Part shown: piece after piece, positions 18,015 to 27,214 of the stretch
Layout of the letters: each line of letters begins with the position of its first letter
Position numbering within the stretch: the stretch's first letter is position 1
IMG/VR virus record: IMGVR_UViG_3300009503_000024
Reading direction: 5' to 3' (one strand)
DNA: 29,983 nucleotides
Source: an uncultured virus (IMG/VR IMGVR_UViG_3300009503_000024)
Taxonomy: Duplodnaviria > Heunggongvirae > Uroviricota > Caudoviricetes
The notes under the pieces: generated by a model
Told to the model about the DNA's origin: nothing
Databases searched by the model: none
What the model saw: only the letters and a program-made list of their open reading frames with translations
Made by a program: the position numbers and the translations under genes

Positions 18015-18947
18015 TTATTTTTTATGATATCTTTTTTTATTATATAATTGTTTTAATTCATCATCAAATTTATTACCTAAATATTCATACAAACTTTTCA
18101 AATCTGCTTCTTTATCTATTGCATATTTTATTAATTCTTTATCAAATTTATCTTTATTTTCTAAATATAAATCAAATAAACTAGCTTTTTTATCTATTGC
18201 ATATTTTATTAATTCTTTATCAAATTTATCTTCAAATCTCGAATATATATATCCTAAATCTCCATAATTTTTAAAACTATCTATTAAATATTTCATTAAT
18301 TCATTATCAAACTTATCTCCTAAATAACTATATAATTCATCTATATGCTGCTCAAAAAAATCATAATCACCCATTGCGGTTCTATCTTTCTTTATTGCAT
18401 CTATTGCATATTTAATAAGTTCCTTATCAAATTTATTATTTAATGCTCTATATATATTTTCAAAAAACATTTTTAACTTAACACCTTTATCTATAATAAT
18501 TTTTATAAAATCTTTATCAATTTCTTTTTTAAAATATTCACATAGATCTTCTAAATGATCTATATATCTTATTTTTTCTATTATATATTTAATATCTTCT
18601 TTATTAAATTTATCTTTTAAATCTTTAAATATTATATCAGAAGATACACCATATTCAAATGCTAATCCTATAAGTTCTTTATCAAATTTATCTTTAAAAT
18701 TTTTTACCAAAAATTTAAAAAATTCATTATTATTATCATTAATTTTTATATTTTTTTTAATATAATATTTAATTGTTTCAGGATCAAATTTATCTTTTAC
18801 ATATTTAATTAAATTTATAGTATCCATATCTTTAGAAAGAGCATACATAATATCATCTTTAGTAAATTCATTCGCAAATCTTTTATATACTTCAACAGGT
18901 TCATCAACACTATCTAATAATTCTTTTATTGTATATTTTTTAACCAT
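18015..18947 (-). CDS. 26-aa helical-repeat family paralog
   Basis: Multiple units; C-cap FDDELKQLYNKKRYHKK. Confidence 0.85.
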   Translation of the reverse strand: MVKKYTIKELLDSVDEPVEVYKRFANEFTKDDIMYALSKDMDTINLIKYVKDKFDPETIKYYIKKNIKINDNNNEFFKFLVKNFKDKFDKELIGLAFEYGVSSDIIFKDLKDKFNKEDIKYIIEKIRYIDHLEDLCEYFKKEIDKDFIKIIIDKGVKLKMFFENIYRALNNKFDKELIKYAIDAIKKDRTAMGDYDFFEQHIDELYSYLGDKFDNELMKYLIDSFKNYGDLGYIYSRFEDKFDKELIKYAIDKKASLFDLYLENKDKFDKELIKYAIDKEADLKSLYEYLGNKFDDELKQLYNKKRYHKK

Positions 18948-18966
18948 TTTACTTACCCCCTTTTAT

Positions 18967-19617
18967 TTATTTTTTGTGATATCTTTTTTCACGATATAAT
19001 TGTTTTAATTCATCATCAAATTTATCTTTTAACCAATAATATAAATTATATAAATCAGCTTTTTTATCAATAGCATATTTTATTAATTCTTTATCAAATT
19101 TATCATCTAAATAATAATATAAATTTTCTAAATCAGCATTTTTATCAATAGCATATTTTATTAATTCTTTATCAAATTTATCTCTCAAATAATCATATAA
19201 ACTTCCTAAATTAGCTTTTTTATTAATATTTTTATCAATAACATATTTAATAAGTTCTTTATCAAATTTATCTTTACCAAGTTTTAATATATCCCGAATA
19301 TATTTATTTTTATCTATTAAATATTTAATAAATTCTTTATCAATTATATTTTTAAAATTTTCATTTAAAAATCTAAAAAGCCATTCATCATCATCATTAT
19401 TATCCATAACTTTATTTTTATATTTTTTAATATAATAATTAAGCGCTTCAATGTCAAATTTATTATTTACATGTTTAATTAAACTTATAATATCCATACC
19501 TTTAGAAAGAGCATACATAATATCATCTTTAGTAAATTCATTAGCAAATCTTTTATATACTTCAGCTGGTTTATCAACACTATCCAATAATTCCTTTATC
19601 GTCATTTTTTTAACCAT
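18967..19617 (-). CDS. 26-aa helical-repeat family paralog
   Basis: Multiple units; C-cap FDDELKQLYREKRYHKK. Confidence 0.85.
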   Translation of the reverse strand: MVKKMTIKELLDSVDKPAEVYKRFANEFTKDDIMYALSKGMDIISLIKHVNNKFDIEALNYYIKKYKNKVMDNNDDDEWLFRFLNENFKNIIDKEFIKYLIDKNKYIRDILKLGKDKFDKELIKYVIDKNINKKANLGSLYDYLRDKFDKELIKYAIDKNADLENLYYYLDDKFDKELIKYAIDKKADLYNLYYWLKDKFDDELKQLYREKRYHKK

Positions 19618-19618
19618 T

Positions 19619-19846
19619 TTACTTACCCCCTTTTATTTCATCTTTTAAAATTAACTTTTCAATATAAAGTTTTTTAATATTATTAAACTTATTTTTAATA
19701 GTTCTTTCAAACTGGCTAAATTGTCTATCTCCCATATCTGACATTCGCGCAGAATCTAATAATTCACCCATAATATTTTCTAATGTCTTTATAATAAACG
19801 TTTCACTTACACTTAAATTTTCTTTTTTTACTTCTTGTTCATTCAT
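19619..19846 (-). CDS. Small hypothetical protein after the portal
   Basis: AAGGAGG RBS with the 25-bp motif upstream; 75 aa, helical. Confidence 0.7.
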   Translation of the reverse strand: MNEQEVKKENLSVSETFIIKTLENIMGELLDSARMSDMGDRQFSQFERTIKNKFNNIKKLYIEKLILKDEIKGGK

Positions 19847-19863
19847 ATTTTTCCTCCTTATCG

Positions 19864-19888
19864 TTTAATAAATATAAAAAAATAACTA
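19864..19888 (-). promoter_or_regulatory. Conserved 25-bp motif, copy 5
   Basis: TAGTTA TTTTTTTA TATTTATTAAA; the TAG is the portal stop codon. Confidence 0.65.
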
Positions 19889-21544
19889 CACTATAGTTGG
19901 TTCTTCCGGTTTTCCAGGTTCTGTTGTTTCTGAAGTTTCTGTTTTTTCTGTTTCTGGTTTTTCTAATGTTTCTGCTTCTGGTGTTTCAATTTTATTTGAT
20001 TCAGATGTTGAAGTTTCATTAGCAGATTCACTAAATTCACCCTCGGGCGGAGTTATTTCCGATTCTGCTAATGGGCTTCTATTACCTATTTTTATTCTTT
20101 GCCCATCATCAAATACTGAACCAATTTCTTTCTTCAATTTTACCTGTTCAGCTTCATAATCCAATGATTTATATTTAGTAAACAAAGTTCTAGTTGATAT
20201 CAATCCTTTCTCCCACATATTCATATAATCCTCAGTTTCATCTTTGTCTATATTTAATTTCTTTTGCCATTCAATTCTAGGTAAATCTAAATCTTTATTT
20301 TTAGTGTAAAAATTATTAGCTTCAGCTATTGGCGTAAAATAATTATTTATTAACCAATTAGTAAATTTATCTTGAACCGCTTGATACATCATTATTAACT
20401 TTTGCAATGTTATTTGTTTCGTATTTGTCCACCCTTTTACTTCACCAAGTACAATATCTTTAGAAACCCCTAATCCAACAAGTATTGAATCTCTTATCCA
20501 TTCATAATCTTCTTTATAACTAAATAAACTTTCTTGACCATTAAAACCAACAACTTCATAATTAACAAATGGTGGAACAAATATACTAAATGGCGGATTA
20601 TTTTTCGCTTGTTTTATAAATTGTTCAAATTTCATCAATTCTTCATCATTTGGTATTTTAGGTGGATCAGCTGAAATATCACCAATTTTCCATATCTCAA
20701 TAGGATATCTAAATCTATCTATTGCTGTTAGTTTTAACATTGCTATTTTATCTTGAAATAATAATGTTCTTAATAAACACTGAATAGGTGAAGTTCCTCG
20801 TAAAGCTGATGCATCAGTTAAATTCATTATTGCAGAAATATTTTGATTATCTAATAATATTTCATTTTGACGTAATAAATCATCAAGTCCTTCCGTAACT
20901 TCGCGTCCAAGTCTTTTAGCCTCTTTTGCTTCTTCTTTCATTGTAGGCGTTATTTGTAAATAATACCTAGGTTCTTTCTCAAAAAATGCTTGCCTAACTT
21001 CTATAAACTCTGGTTCAAATAATACAAATCTACTCCATTTTGTAAACCTAACTTTTTTACTTTTTAATTCAAACTCTTGTTCATCTTTTATACCCATCAT
21101 TATTGCTTCACCAAATTTCTGATATGACAAACTTGCTTTCAATATAAAATCATATAAATTAAAATTTCTATTAAATGCCATTTGTTTATAAAATTTCGTT
21201 ACCGCTTCATTTTCCGCTGTTATTTCAAACATCGAAAATGGATATAAAGCATGCATATTAACAATAGCATGTATATAAGGATCTAAACTATAAAATAATC
21301 TTACCCAACGCAGTGTTTCTTGCCTAGATTTAGGCATTAACCACATATCTGGTGTTAATTCGGGAGAGTACCAAGTTGTTGATGTAAAATCTAATGTTCC
21401 ACTATTCATTTGGGCTATTATTTTTTCGGTTTTTTTAAGTTCTGCTTCTCTTGAGCTAAATCCACCATATACACTACCAAGCAATTTCTGCATTTTAATT
21501 TTATTATCTTTCCCATCAAAAAAAATCTTCTTTTTTTCTACCAT
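19886..21544 (-). CDS. Portal protein
   Basis: 552 aa, directly after TerL. Motifs RWVRLFYSLDPYIHAIVNMH, YQKFGEA, RGTSPI, ILVGLGVSKDIVLGE, MWEKGLISTRTL; acidic C-terminal tail. Confidence 0.85.
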   Translation of the reverse strand: MVEKKKIFFDGKDNKIKMQKLLGSVYGGFSSREAELKKTEKIIAQMNSGTLDFTSTTWYSPELTPDMWLMPKSRQETLRWVRLFYSLDPYIHAIVNMHALYPFSMFEITAENEAVTKFYKQMAFNRNFNLYDFILKASLSYQKFGEAIMMGIKDEQEFELKSKKVRFTKWSRFVLFEPEFIEVRQAFFEKEPRYYLQITPTMKEEAKEAKRLGREVTEGLDDLLRQNEILLDNQNISAIMNLTDASALRGTSPIQCLLRTLLFQDKIAMLKLTAIDRFRYPIEIWKIGDISADPPKIPNDEELMKFEQFIKQAKNNPPFSIFVPPFVNYEVVGFNGQESLFSYKEDYEWIRDSILVGLGVSKDIVLGEVKGWTNTKQITLQKLIMMYQAVQDKFTNWLINNYFTPIAEANNFYTKNKDLDLPRIEWQKKLNIDKDETEDYMNMWEKGLISTRTLFTKYKSLDYEAEQVKLKKEIGSVFDDGQRIKIGNRSPLAESEITPPEGEFSESANETSTSESNKIETPEAETLEKPETEKTETSETTEPGKPEEPTIV

Positions 21545-21561
21545 AATAAATCCTCCAATTA

Positions 21562-21586
21562 TTTAATAAATACAAAAAAATAACTT
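21562..21586 (-). promoter_or_regulatory. Conserved 25-bp motif, copy 6 (upstream of the portal)
   Basis: AAGTTA TTTTTTTG TATTTATTAAA, overlapping the TerL TAA stop; GGAGG follows. Confidence 0.6.
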
Positions 21587-23099
21587 ATCTTTGCATTAAA
21601 CCACCGGGACCACCAACAAAACTAAACCCAATACCACTAGTATTCGTATAAGCGTTTTTTATTTTTTTAAATGCATATAAACATAATACATCTGCATTGC
21701 AAGCATCATCGTGTTCACCTTTAGGAGCCGTAAGTTCTATACTACCTGATTCCCTTTTATGCCTTTCAAATATAGTCCATTGTATAAAACTTTTATACAT
21801 TGCTTCACTTACTAATATTTTTTTAGTTTCATCATCATATATTTTAGGATAACGTATTCTTTCAATAATATTATCTTGAAAATGTTCAAACATAGCAATT
21901 TTAAAATTTTTTTTAGTTTCTTGATCTGTCATTTTATACATTATTCCATCGCAATTTATACCATCTCTTTTCAACATATCAACAAAAGCAATTCCTATAT
22001 TTGAATAATCAATCAAACCATATGTAGTTCTAAATTTTTTTAAAATTGTTTTTATTTCATTATATTGATTCATAGGACTATCGCGCCATTCATAAGCCGC
22101 TACTTTATAAAATTTGTTATTACTAAACTTCCATATAGCCAAAGCAGTTGCATCTGTTTCCAATGTATCAGGATCAATAGTTCCTGAAGCAGTATCTAAA
22201 CCAAAAGCAAAAATCCCGCTATTATCATAACCATCAAGTTCTTTATGTGTTCCAGACCCCAATGCTTCTATTTGTTTTTCAGTTAAAAAATTCTCTATAT
22301 TTTCTAACCAATTAAGCTCATACTGCGTTATAAAATCCACTAAACTTATTTCCCCTTGCTTTGACATCGTATTAGCCATATCTTTAAAATATTCTAATTT
22401 TTTCTCCCAAGGCATAATCTCAACAACATATTTAGGATAATCAATACCATTATAATGAATAACCCCTGATTGTTTTAATATATCACAATTTAACCAATCG
22501 TGTTTAATTTTAATAAAATCTGGATTTAAAAAACTTTTATAAAAATTATTTTTAAATAAAGCTACACCAATTTTTATTAATTGATAATGTTGATATGAAC
22601 CTAACATAGGTAAAATTTTATTACTTACAGCATAATCAGAAGTTTTATGACTTTCATCAATACAAATTATATGATAATGACCACCTTCAATATTAGCTTT
22701 TTCATGAGCTGAATCTGCTATAATTTCACTTCCATTTTTAAATACAACATGAATTGATGATGAAGATTGTTTATCTATAGCTTCAACTTTTTTATCGTGT
22801 TCCCATATTTGTCTTAACATTTTTTTAGATTGACCATATTTAGGGGCAAATATACCAATTTTTAAATTTGGTATTTCGTGACATAAAAAATGTATTGCTA
22901 AAGCTACTGAAAATGTTTTCCCACCACCACGAGCTTGAATAACAATTATATAATGATTCAATGGATTTATAATAACTTTAAAAACTTCTTCTTGATTATT
23001 ATAAATAGAAAAACCATATTTATTAAATATATAATCAGAAATTCTTAAAGTAATAAGTTTTTTACTAACATTAATAATAGCAGAATCAACTAAATTCAT
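21585..23099 (-). CDS. terL: Terminase large subunit
   Basis: Walker A QARGGGKT, Walker B ICIDES, RNase H-like nuclease motifs FGLDTA, LIDYSNIG and HDDACNAD. Confidence 0.92.
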   Translation of the reverse strand: MNLVDSAIINVSKKLITLRISDYIFNKYGFSIYNNQEEVFKVIINPLNHYIIVIQARGGGKTFSVALAIHFLCHEIPNLKIGIFAPKYGQSKKMLRQIWEHDKKVEAIDKQSSSSIHVVFKNGSEIIADSAHEKANIEGGHYHIICIDESHKTSDYAVSNKILPMLGSYQHYQLIKIGVALFKNNFYKSFLNPDFIKIKHDWLNCDILKQSGVIHYNGIDYPKYVVEIMPWEKKLEYFKDMANTMSKQGEISLVDFITQYELNWLENIENFLTEKQIEALGSGTHKELDGYDNSGIFAFGLDTASGTIDPDTLETDATALAIWKFSNNKFYKVAAYEWRDSPMNQYNEIKTILKKFRTTYGLIDYSNIGIAFVDMLKRDGINCDGIMYKMTDQETKKNFKIAMFEHFQDNIIERIRYPKIYDDETKKILVSEAMYKSFIQWTIFERHKRESGSIELTAPKGEHDDACNADVLCLYAFKKIKNAYTNTSGIGFSFVGGPGGLMQR

Positions 23100-23159
23100 A
23101 TTTATACCTCAAATCAAAAATCAAATCAAATCTATTCAAATGTTCAATTACATCAATAT

Positions 23160-24470
23160 TTATACTAATGTTTTATCAAGTTCATTAAAAATATTAAATA
23201 TATCAAACAATACAACTTTAACTTCTTCAGCCACTTCTGCCAACTTATTAAATTTTTCAATTTTATCAATAAACTCAGCTTTTATTTCAACTAATGAAGC
23301 TTTTGTTTCTTTATTAATAATCGCAATTTTAACTTCTTTAACAACTTCTGTAAACTTACCAGCTTTTTCTTTATATTCATCTAATTTTTCTTTAAGCGCT
23401 TTTATTTTTTCTACCATTTCATCAATATTTTTTTGCTCTGTTGGTCCATATTTTTTTGATTTTTCAATTCCTTTAATTTTTTCTATTAACCCAACATACA
23501 TATTATCACTTAATTTTGCTACTTTATTTACACCAATCAATTGCGCTAAAGCATTAGCTACTGCTTTATCTATTCTTTCTAATTCTTGACCTAAATTTCT
23601 AACTTCTTCTTCTTTTGGCTTCATAAATGCATCATAAGCTTCTTTCGCTATTTTCTGAGCTTGTTCTGTTATTTCATCTACTTTTGAAGTTATTTCTTGT
23701 ATTTTTTCAATATTATCTTTAAGTTCTTTTACTTTATCCACTATTTCAGGTGAAGGTTTAGTAAAATCTGGAGCTTCAGATAAATCTCTTTCTATTTCCT
23801 TTGGTTTTTTTTCATATTTCTGAACTTTTATATCTTCAATTTCTTTCACATCCGGCGTAACCTTAAACGAATATTTATCAACCTTTTCTTCTGATAAAAT
23901 AAAATTAGCATTAAGTTTTCTTTTAATTATCTCTTTATGCAATTCATCTATTTTTGATTCAACATTTTTATTTCTAAACTCTTCTCTTTTCTTTCTAATT
24001 TCATCTATAATCTTTTTTTTTCTTAACTTTTTTCTTTTAGCAATTATTTGATTATACAAATTTTCAACTCTTTCATTAACTTCTTGTATTTTACTAGTTA
24101 TCTTATTAACTCTTGCTTCTACTTCAAAATCATCTTTTTTAAATTTTTTCTTATCATCAAAATCTTCAAATTCTTTTTTGTTTTCAAAATTAGAATCTTC
24201 AAAATCATTTTTATCTTCAAATGATTTTTTCATAAATTTTTTATGCTTTTCAGCTATTTTTTTAGCCATTATTCTATAATTTTCTTCTTCTATTTTTGCC
24301 TTCAATGCCCCAGCTCTATTATTAATCTCTTCTACTTTATTTAAAATACCATCAATTCTTTTTTCAATTAATGTATCAGTCTCTTGCGCATCAAGTAATT
24401 TTGCAATTTCTTGCATAGTTCCTTCCAACCACGGATAAACTCTCTTTTCATCTGGGAAAAATTTACTCAT
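23160..24470 (-). CDS. Coiled-coil K/E-rich hypothetical protein (possible internal head/core protein)
   Basis: Highly charged and helical; internal repeat (KRIDGILNKVEEINNRA / ARVNKITSKIQEVNERV); many [ILV]-x-A sites. Confidence 0.7.
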   Translation of the reverse strand: MSKFFPDEKRVYPWLEGTMQEIAKLLDAQETDTLIEKRIDGILNKVEEINNRAGALKAKIEEENYRIMAKKIAEKHKKFMKKSFEDKNDFEDSNFENKKEFEDFDDKKKFKKDDFEVEARVNKITSKIQEVNERVENLYNQIIAKRKKLRKKKIIDEIRKKREEFRNKNVESKIDELHKEIIKRKLNANFILSEEKVDKYSFKVTPDVKEIEDIKVQKYEKKPKEIERDLSEAPDFTKPSPEIVDKVKELKDNIEKIQEITSKVDEITEQAQKIAKEAYDAFMKPKEEEVRNLGQELERIDKAVANALAQLIGVNKVAKLSDNMYVGLIEKIKGIEKSKKYGPTEQKNIDEMVEKIKALKEKLDEYKEKAGKFTEVVKEVKIAIINKETKASLVEIKAEFIDKIEKFNKLAEVAEEVKVVLFDIFNIFNELDKTLV

Positions 24471-24482
24471 TTTATTAACCTC

Positions 24483-24734
24483 CTATAATAATTTTAATTC
24501 TTCTAAAAATTTTTCACTTAATTCCTTAAACCGCTCTTCATCACCATTATAATAAACTTCATTTATTTCTTCAATTTTATCTAAAATTTCATTATAAATC
24601 TTTTTACCTTCTTCAATATCTTCAAAATCTTTTACAAAATATACTTTATCATTTACTATAACCTTAACTAATCCTTTTAACAAAATTACATCTATATTAT
24701 CTATTTCTATTTTATTCCAAATTGCTAATTCCAT
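24483..24734 (-). CDS. Acidic hypothetical protein
   Basis: Start is probably the ATG at 24734 (MELAIW) after AAAGGA; the TTG start in the track lies inside the 25-bp motif. Confidence 0.65.
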   Translation of the reverse strand: MELAIWNKIEIDNIDVILLKGLVKVIVNDKVYFVKDFEDIEEGKKIYNEILDKIEEINEVYYNGDEERFKELSEKFLEELKLL

Positions 24735-24749
24735 CTTAATTCCTTTCTT

Positions 24750-24774
24750 TATAATAAATAACAAAAAATAACTA
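24750..24774 (-). promoter_or_regulatory. Conserved 25-bp motif, copy 7
   Basis: TAGTTA TTTTTTGT TATTTATTATA. Confidence 0.6.
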
Positions 24775-24777
24775 ACA

Positions 24778-26061
24778 TTATACTACCTCTTCTACTGCTA
24801 AAGTACCATTATCATCAGATATATATAATCTAAACTTTTTCGTTCCAATTCTTGATTTCATTATTATACCATTAACATTATTGTTAAATTCAATATCTGA
24901 ATCAGAAAATATTTTACTAGCATATAAATTTAAATTTCGTTTTGCAGTTATATCAATATCACCATTAGCTTTTAAAAATATTGATGAAGTAGAAGCTACC
25001 GCATTCACTATTTCTATATCACCAGAACCAGTACTCATTATATCATTACCAGTTACTCCATCTCTAATTTCAAAACTACCATTACTACTAATAGAAAAAC
25101 AAGAATTAGTTGGCCCATTTCGTAATACTAAACCATCAGATAAATATAATTTTAAATATGAATTTGTGGTATTATTAATCAAATATATACCACCTTGAGA
25201 ATGAAATACTAAAGAACTATTACTTGCTCCATCTATTAATTCAACACCACCAAGACCATATAACTTTAAACAAGAACCAATAGAATTATAAATAGAAATT
25301 GGCCCATCACTTGGTGGTAAAGTAGCTATATCTATTCCAGCATTAGATGATTGATATATACCAAATTTCCCACCATTACCACTTAAATTAAAAATTATTC
25401 CACCACATGCATAACCATAATCCATTACATTTAATCCACTACTATTACCTATATCAAATGTTATTCCACCATAACCAATACCAGATCCTAATCCATTTCC
25501 ACTTATCTTAAAACCATTTGAACTACCTATAAAAATATCTAAACCAGAATCACCAGAATAACCATTCATAATCAAACCATTTGAATCACTCCAATCTATA
25601 ACTAACCCAGCACCTAAATGCCTTAACGTTGTTTTATTAGTTAAACTACTAAATTCTAAATATTGAGTTGTGCTATTAACAGAACTTGAAATTTTTAAAT
25701 CACCTGAATTTACATTATTTATAAAAATACCACCATTTATCGCATTAGTATTTGAAAGCGTAATTGAATTACTTAAACTTAATAAAGTATTATTTTTATT
25801 TGATATTGTAATATCTCCATTATTTATATTATTAATAGCTATACCACCGTTACTTGAAGCATTATTAGATATATAAATTGATCCAATAGTATTATTTAAT
25901 ATATTAATCCCATTTGCATAAGATAAACCAAAACTATCAACATTTGGTGATATTCTTCCAAAAGAAATACCCTTACAAGCGGTATCAATAGCAATCGGTT
26001 GCGAATTTGTTTGCGTATTCGATAAATCTAATTGATTAATAATTATTTTTGTTCTTGCCAT
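24778..26061 (-). CDS. Gly/Ser/Asn-rich beta-structured virion protein (fibre/spike-like)
   Basis: Short beta repeats (GGIAINNINNGDITIS / GGIFINNVNSGDLKIS). The C-terminal GIIMKSRIGTKKFRLYISDDNGTL resembles phage fibre termini. Confidence 0.55.
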   Translation of the reverse strand: MARTKIIINQLDLSNTQTNSQPIAIDTACKGISFGRISPNVDSFGLSYANGINILNNTIGSIYISNNASSNGGIAINNINNGDITISNKNNTLLSLSNSITLSNTNAINGGIFINNVNSGDLKISSSVNSTTQYLEFSSLTNKTTLRHLGAGLVIDWSDSNGLIMNGYSGDSGLDIFIGSSNGFKISGNGLGSGIGYGGITFDIGNSSGLNVMDYGYACGGIIFNLSGNGGKFGIYQSSNAGIDIATLPPSDGPISIYNSIGSCLKLYGLGGVELIDGASNSSLVFHSQGGIYLINNTTNSYLKLYLSDGLVLRNGPTNSCFSISSNGSFEIRDGVTGNDIMSTGSGDIEIVNAVASTSSIFLKANGDIDITAKRNLNLYASKIFSDSDIEFNNNVNGIIMKSRIGTKKFRLYISDDNGTLAVEEVV

Positions 26062-26064
26062 TTT

Positions 26065-26280
26065 TCACCATTTTATATTTAATTCTTCATTATCTTTATT
26101 ATAATTATTTAACTCTATACCTTTTCCACCTTTACCATAAATTGTATTATTATTTAAATTTTTTACTTCAATTGAAAGTATTATCGTAACCTTATTTATC
26201 TCTTCGTTTGAATTTAAAGGACAATTTATTAAAGCAGTTCTAATAGCATTTCCTATTTCTGCATCGGTTTTTATAGCCAT
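26065..26280 (-). CDS. Small hypothetical protein
   Basis: GGAGG RBS; tightly packed between neighbouring genes. Confidence 0.6.
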   Translation of the reverse strand: MAIKTDAEIGNAIRTALINCPLNSNEEINKVTIILSIEVKNLNNNTIYGKGGKGIELNNYNKDNEELNIKW

Positions 26281-26290
26281 TTATAACCTC

Positions 26291-26947
26291 CTATTTTTTA
26301 TAGAATTCAATATATTCTGATTTATTTTCATTAATAAAATCTTCAACAATTGAATCTAAATATTCACCCCAATACCAATCTTCTGCTGCATCTTCAATTT
26401 TCTTTTTATACTTTTTTACTAACAAATTTTCTAATTTAGTTATAATTTCTTTTCTTTTTTGTGGGTTTTCCATATCTTCATTTTTAAATTCTGGATAAAC
26501 TTCTTTCTTAATCCAATCTTTAAAATATTTTATATCAACTTGTATACCAGCTTTTTCTAATATTTCATCTCTATCAAATTTATTATATAAATCATTTATA
26601 TAATTTAATGGTAATATTAAATTTGGGTATAAAGGATCTTGAATACCAACATAACGCGAATGACGATAATTAACAGCATGCGAATCATAAAACTCATCTT
26701 CGTCATTTTCGTTTTTTATACGAACTTCAATATAATATTCAGAATTTATACGATCTGCTAAATCTTCGTTGGGATTATATTTTTCATATAATTCTGGTAC
26801 TAAACCATAAAAAATATCATAAATTTTATCTCCATATTCTTTATAAAACTTTTCAAAATTATCATCTTCTTTTTCAGATAAAATTAATTCAATAATTTCG
26901 TTATCTGTCTTTCCTTCTAAAATTAGTTGTTTAATTTTATTTTCCAT
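26291..26947 (-). CDS. Acidic hypothetical protein with N-terminal EGKTDxEI tag
   Basis: True start at ATG 26947 after AAGGAGG gives MENKIKQLILEGKTDNEIIELILS. Confidence 0.72.
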   Translation of the reverse strand: MENKIKQLILEGKTDNEIIELILSEKEDDNFEKFYKEYGDKIYDIFYGLVPELYEKYNPNEDLADRINSEYYIEVRIKNENDEDEFYDSHAVNYRHSRYVGIQDPLYPNLILPLNYINDLYNKFDRDEILEKAGIQVDIKYFKDWIKKEVYPEFKNEDMENPQKRKEIITKLENLLVKKYKKKIEDAAEDWYWGEYLDSIVEDFINENKSEYIEFYKK

Positions 26948-26948
26948 T

Positions 26949-27176
26949 TTAACCTCCTTGTATTTCATCCACAAATTTTTGCGCTTCTTCTTTACCAACT
27001 ATATTAGCAATTAAATCACCAACTAACTGCATAGCACCTAAAATTTGATTATATTTAATCTGCAATTGCGTTAATTGATTATTCGTTTTAATAATATCAT
27101 TATTAACATTTTTTAATATATTATTTAATTCTTTAAATTTATTTTTTAATTCTTCTAAATTTATATTTTCACTCAT
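26949..27176 (-). CDS. Small coiled-coil protein
   Basis: Start at ATG 27176 (MSENINLEEL) after AAAGGA; heptad pattern ending in QILGAMQLV. Confidence 0.65.
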   Translation of the reverse strand: MSENINLEELKNKFKELNNILKNVNNDIIKTNNQLTQLQIKYNQILGAMQLVGDLIANIVGKEEAQKFVDEIQGG

Positions 27177-27191
27177 TTTATAAGTCCTTTC

Positions 27192-27214
27192 GGAGGCAAA
27201 AATAAATTGCCTCC
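27192..27214 (-). other. 8-bp GC-rich hairpin (GGAGGCAA-N7-TTGCCTCC)
   Basis: Perfect inverted repeat in an intergenic gap; no U-tract on the minus strand. Confidence 0.55.

Noticed and set aside
15222..19617. CRISPR-like look of the recurring ~30-bp sequence GCATATTTTATTAATTCTTTATCAAATTTAT with ~78-bp period
   Set aside because: The repeats are in frame within ORFs (26 codons), the intervening segments are homologous to each other, and there is no leader or cas gene. It is a protein repeat.
15222..19617. Diversity-generating retroelement as the source of repeat variability
   Set aside because: There is no reverse transcriptase and no non-coding template repeat in the window. Variation runs throughout the genes rather than in a C-terminal VR, and many adenines are invariant. 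A DGR elsewhere in the genome cannot be excluded.
15190..23105. T4-type late promoter TATAAATA
   Set aside because: It appears on the antisense strand within motif copy 4, and once on the sense strand overlapping the TerL start and downstream of the RBS. Neither position fits a T4 late promoter.
23160..24470. Terminase small subunit call for the gene upstream of terL
   Set aside because: It is a 436-aa coiled-coil protein with no recognisable TerS HTH. Position alone is not enough.
940..26293. Stop-codon reassignment (TAG or TGA read-through), as in some large phages
   Set aside because: Genes are full length and densely packed under the standard code. TAG and TGA stops are followed promptly by the motif, an RBS or the next gene.
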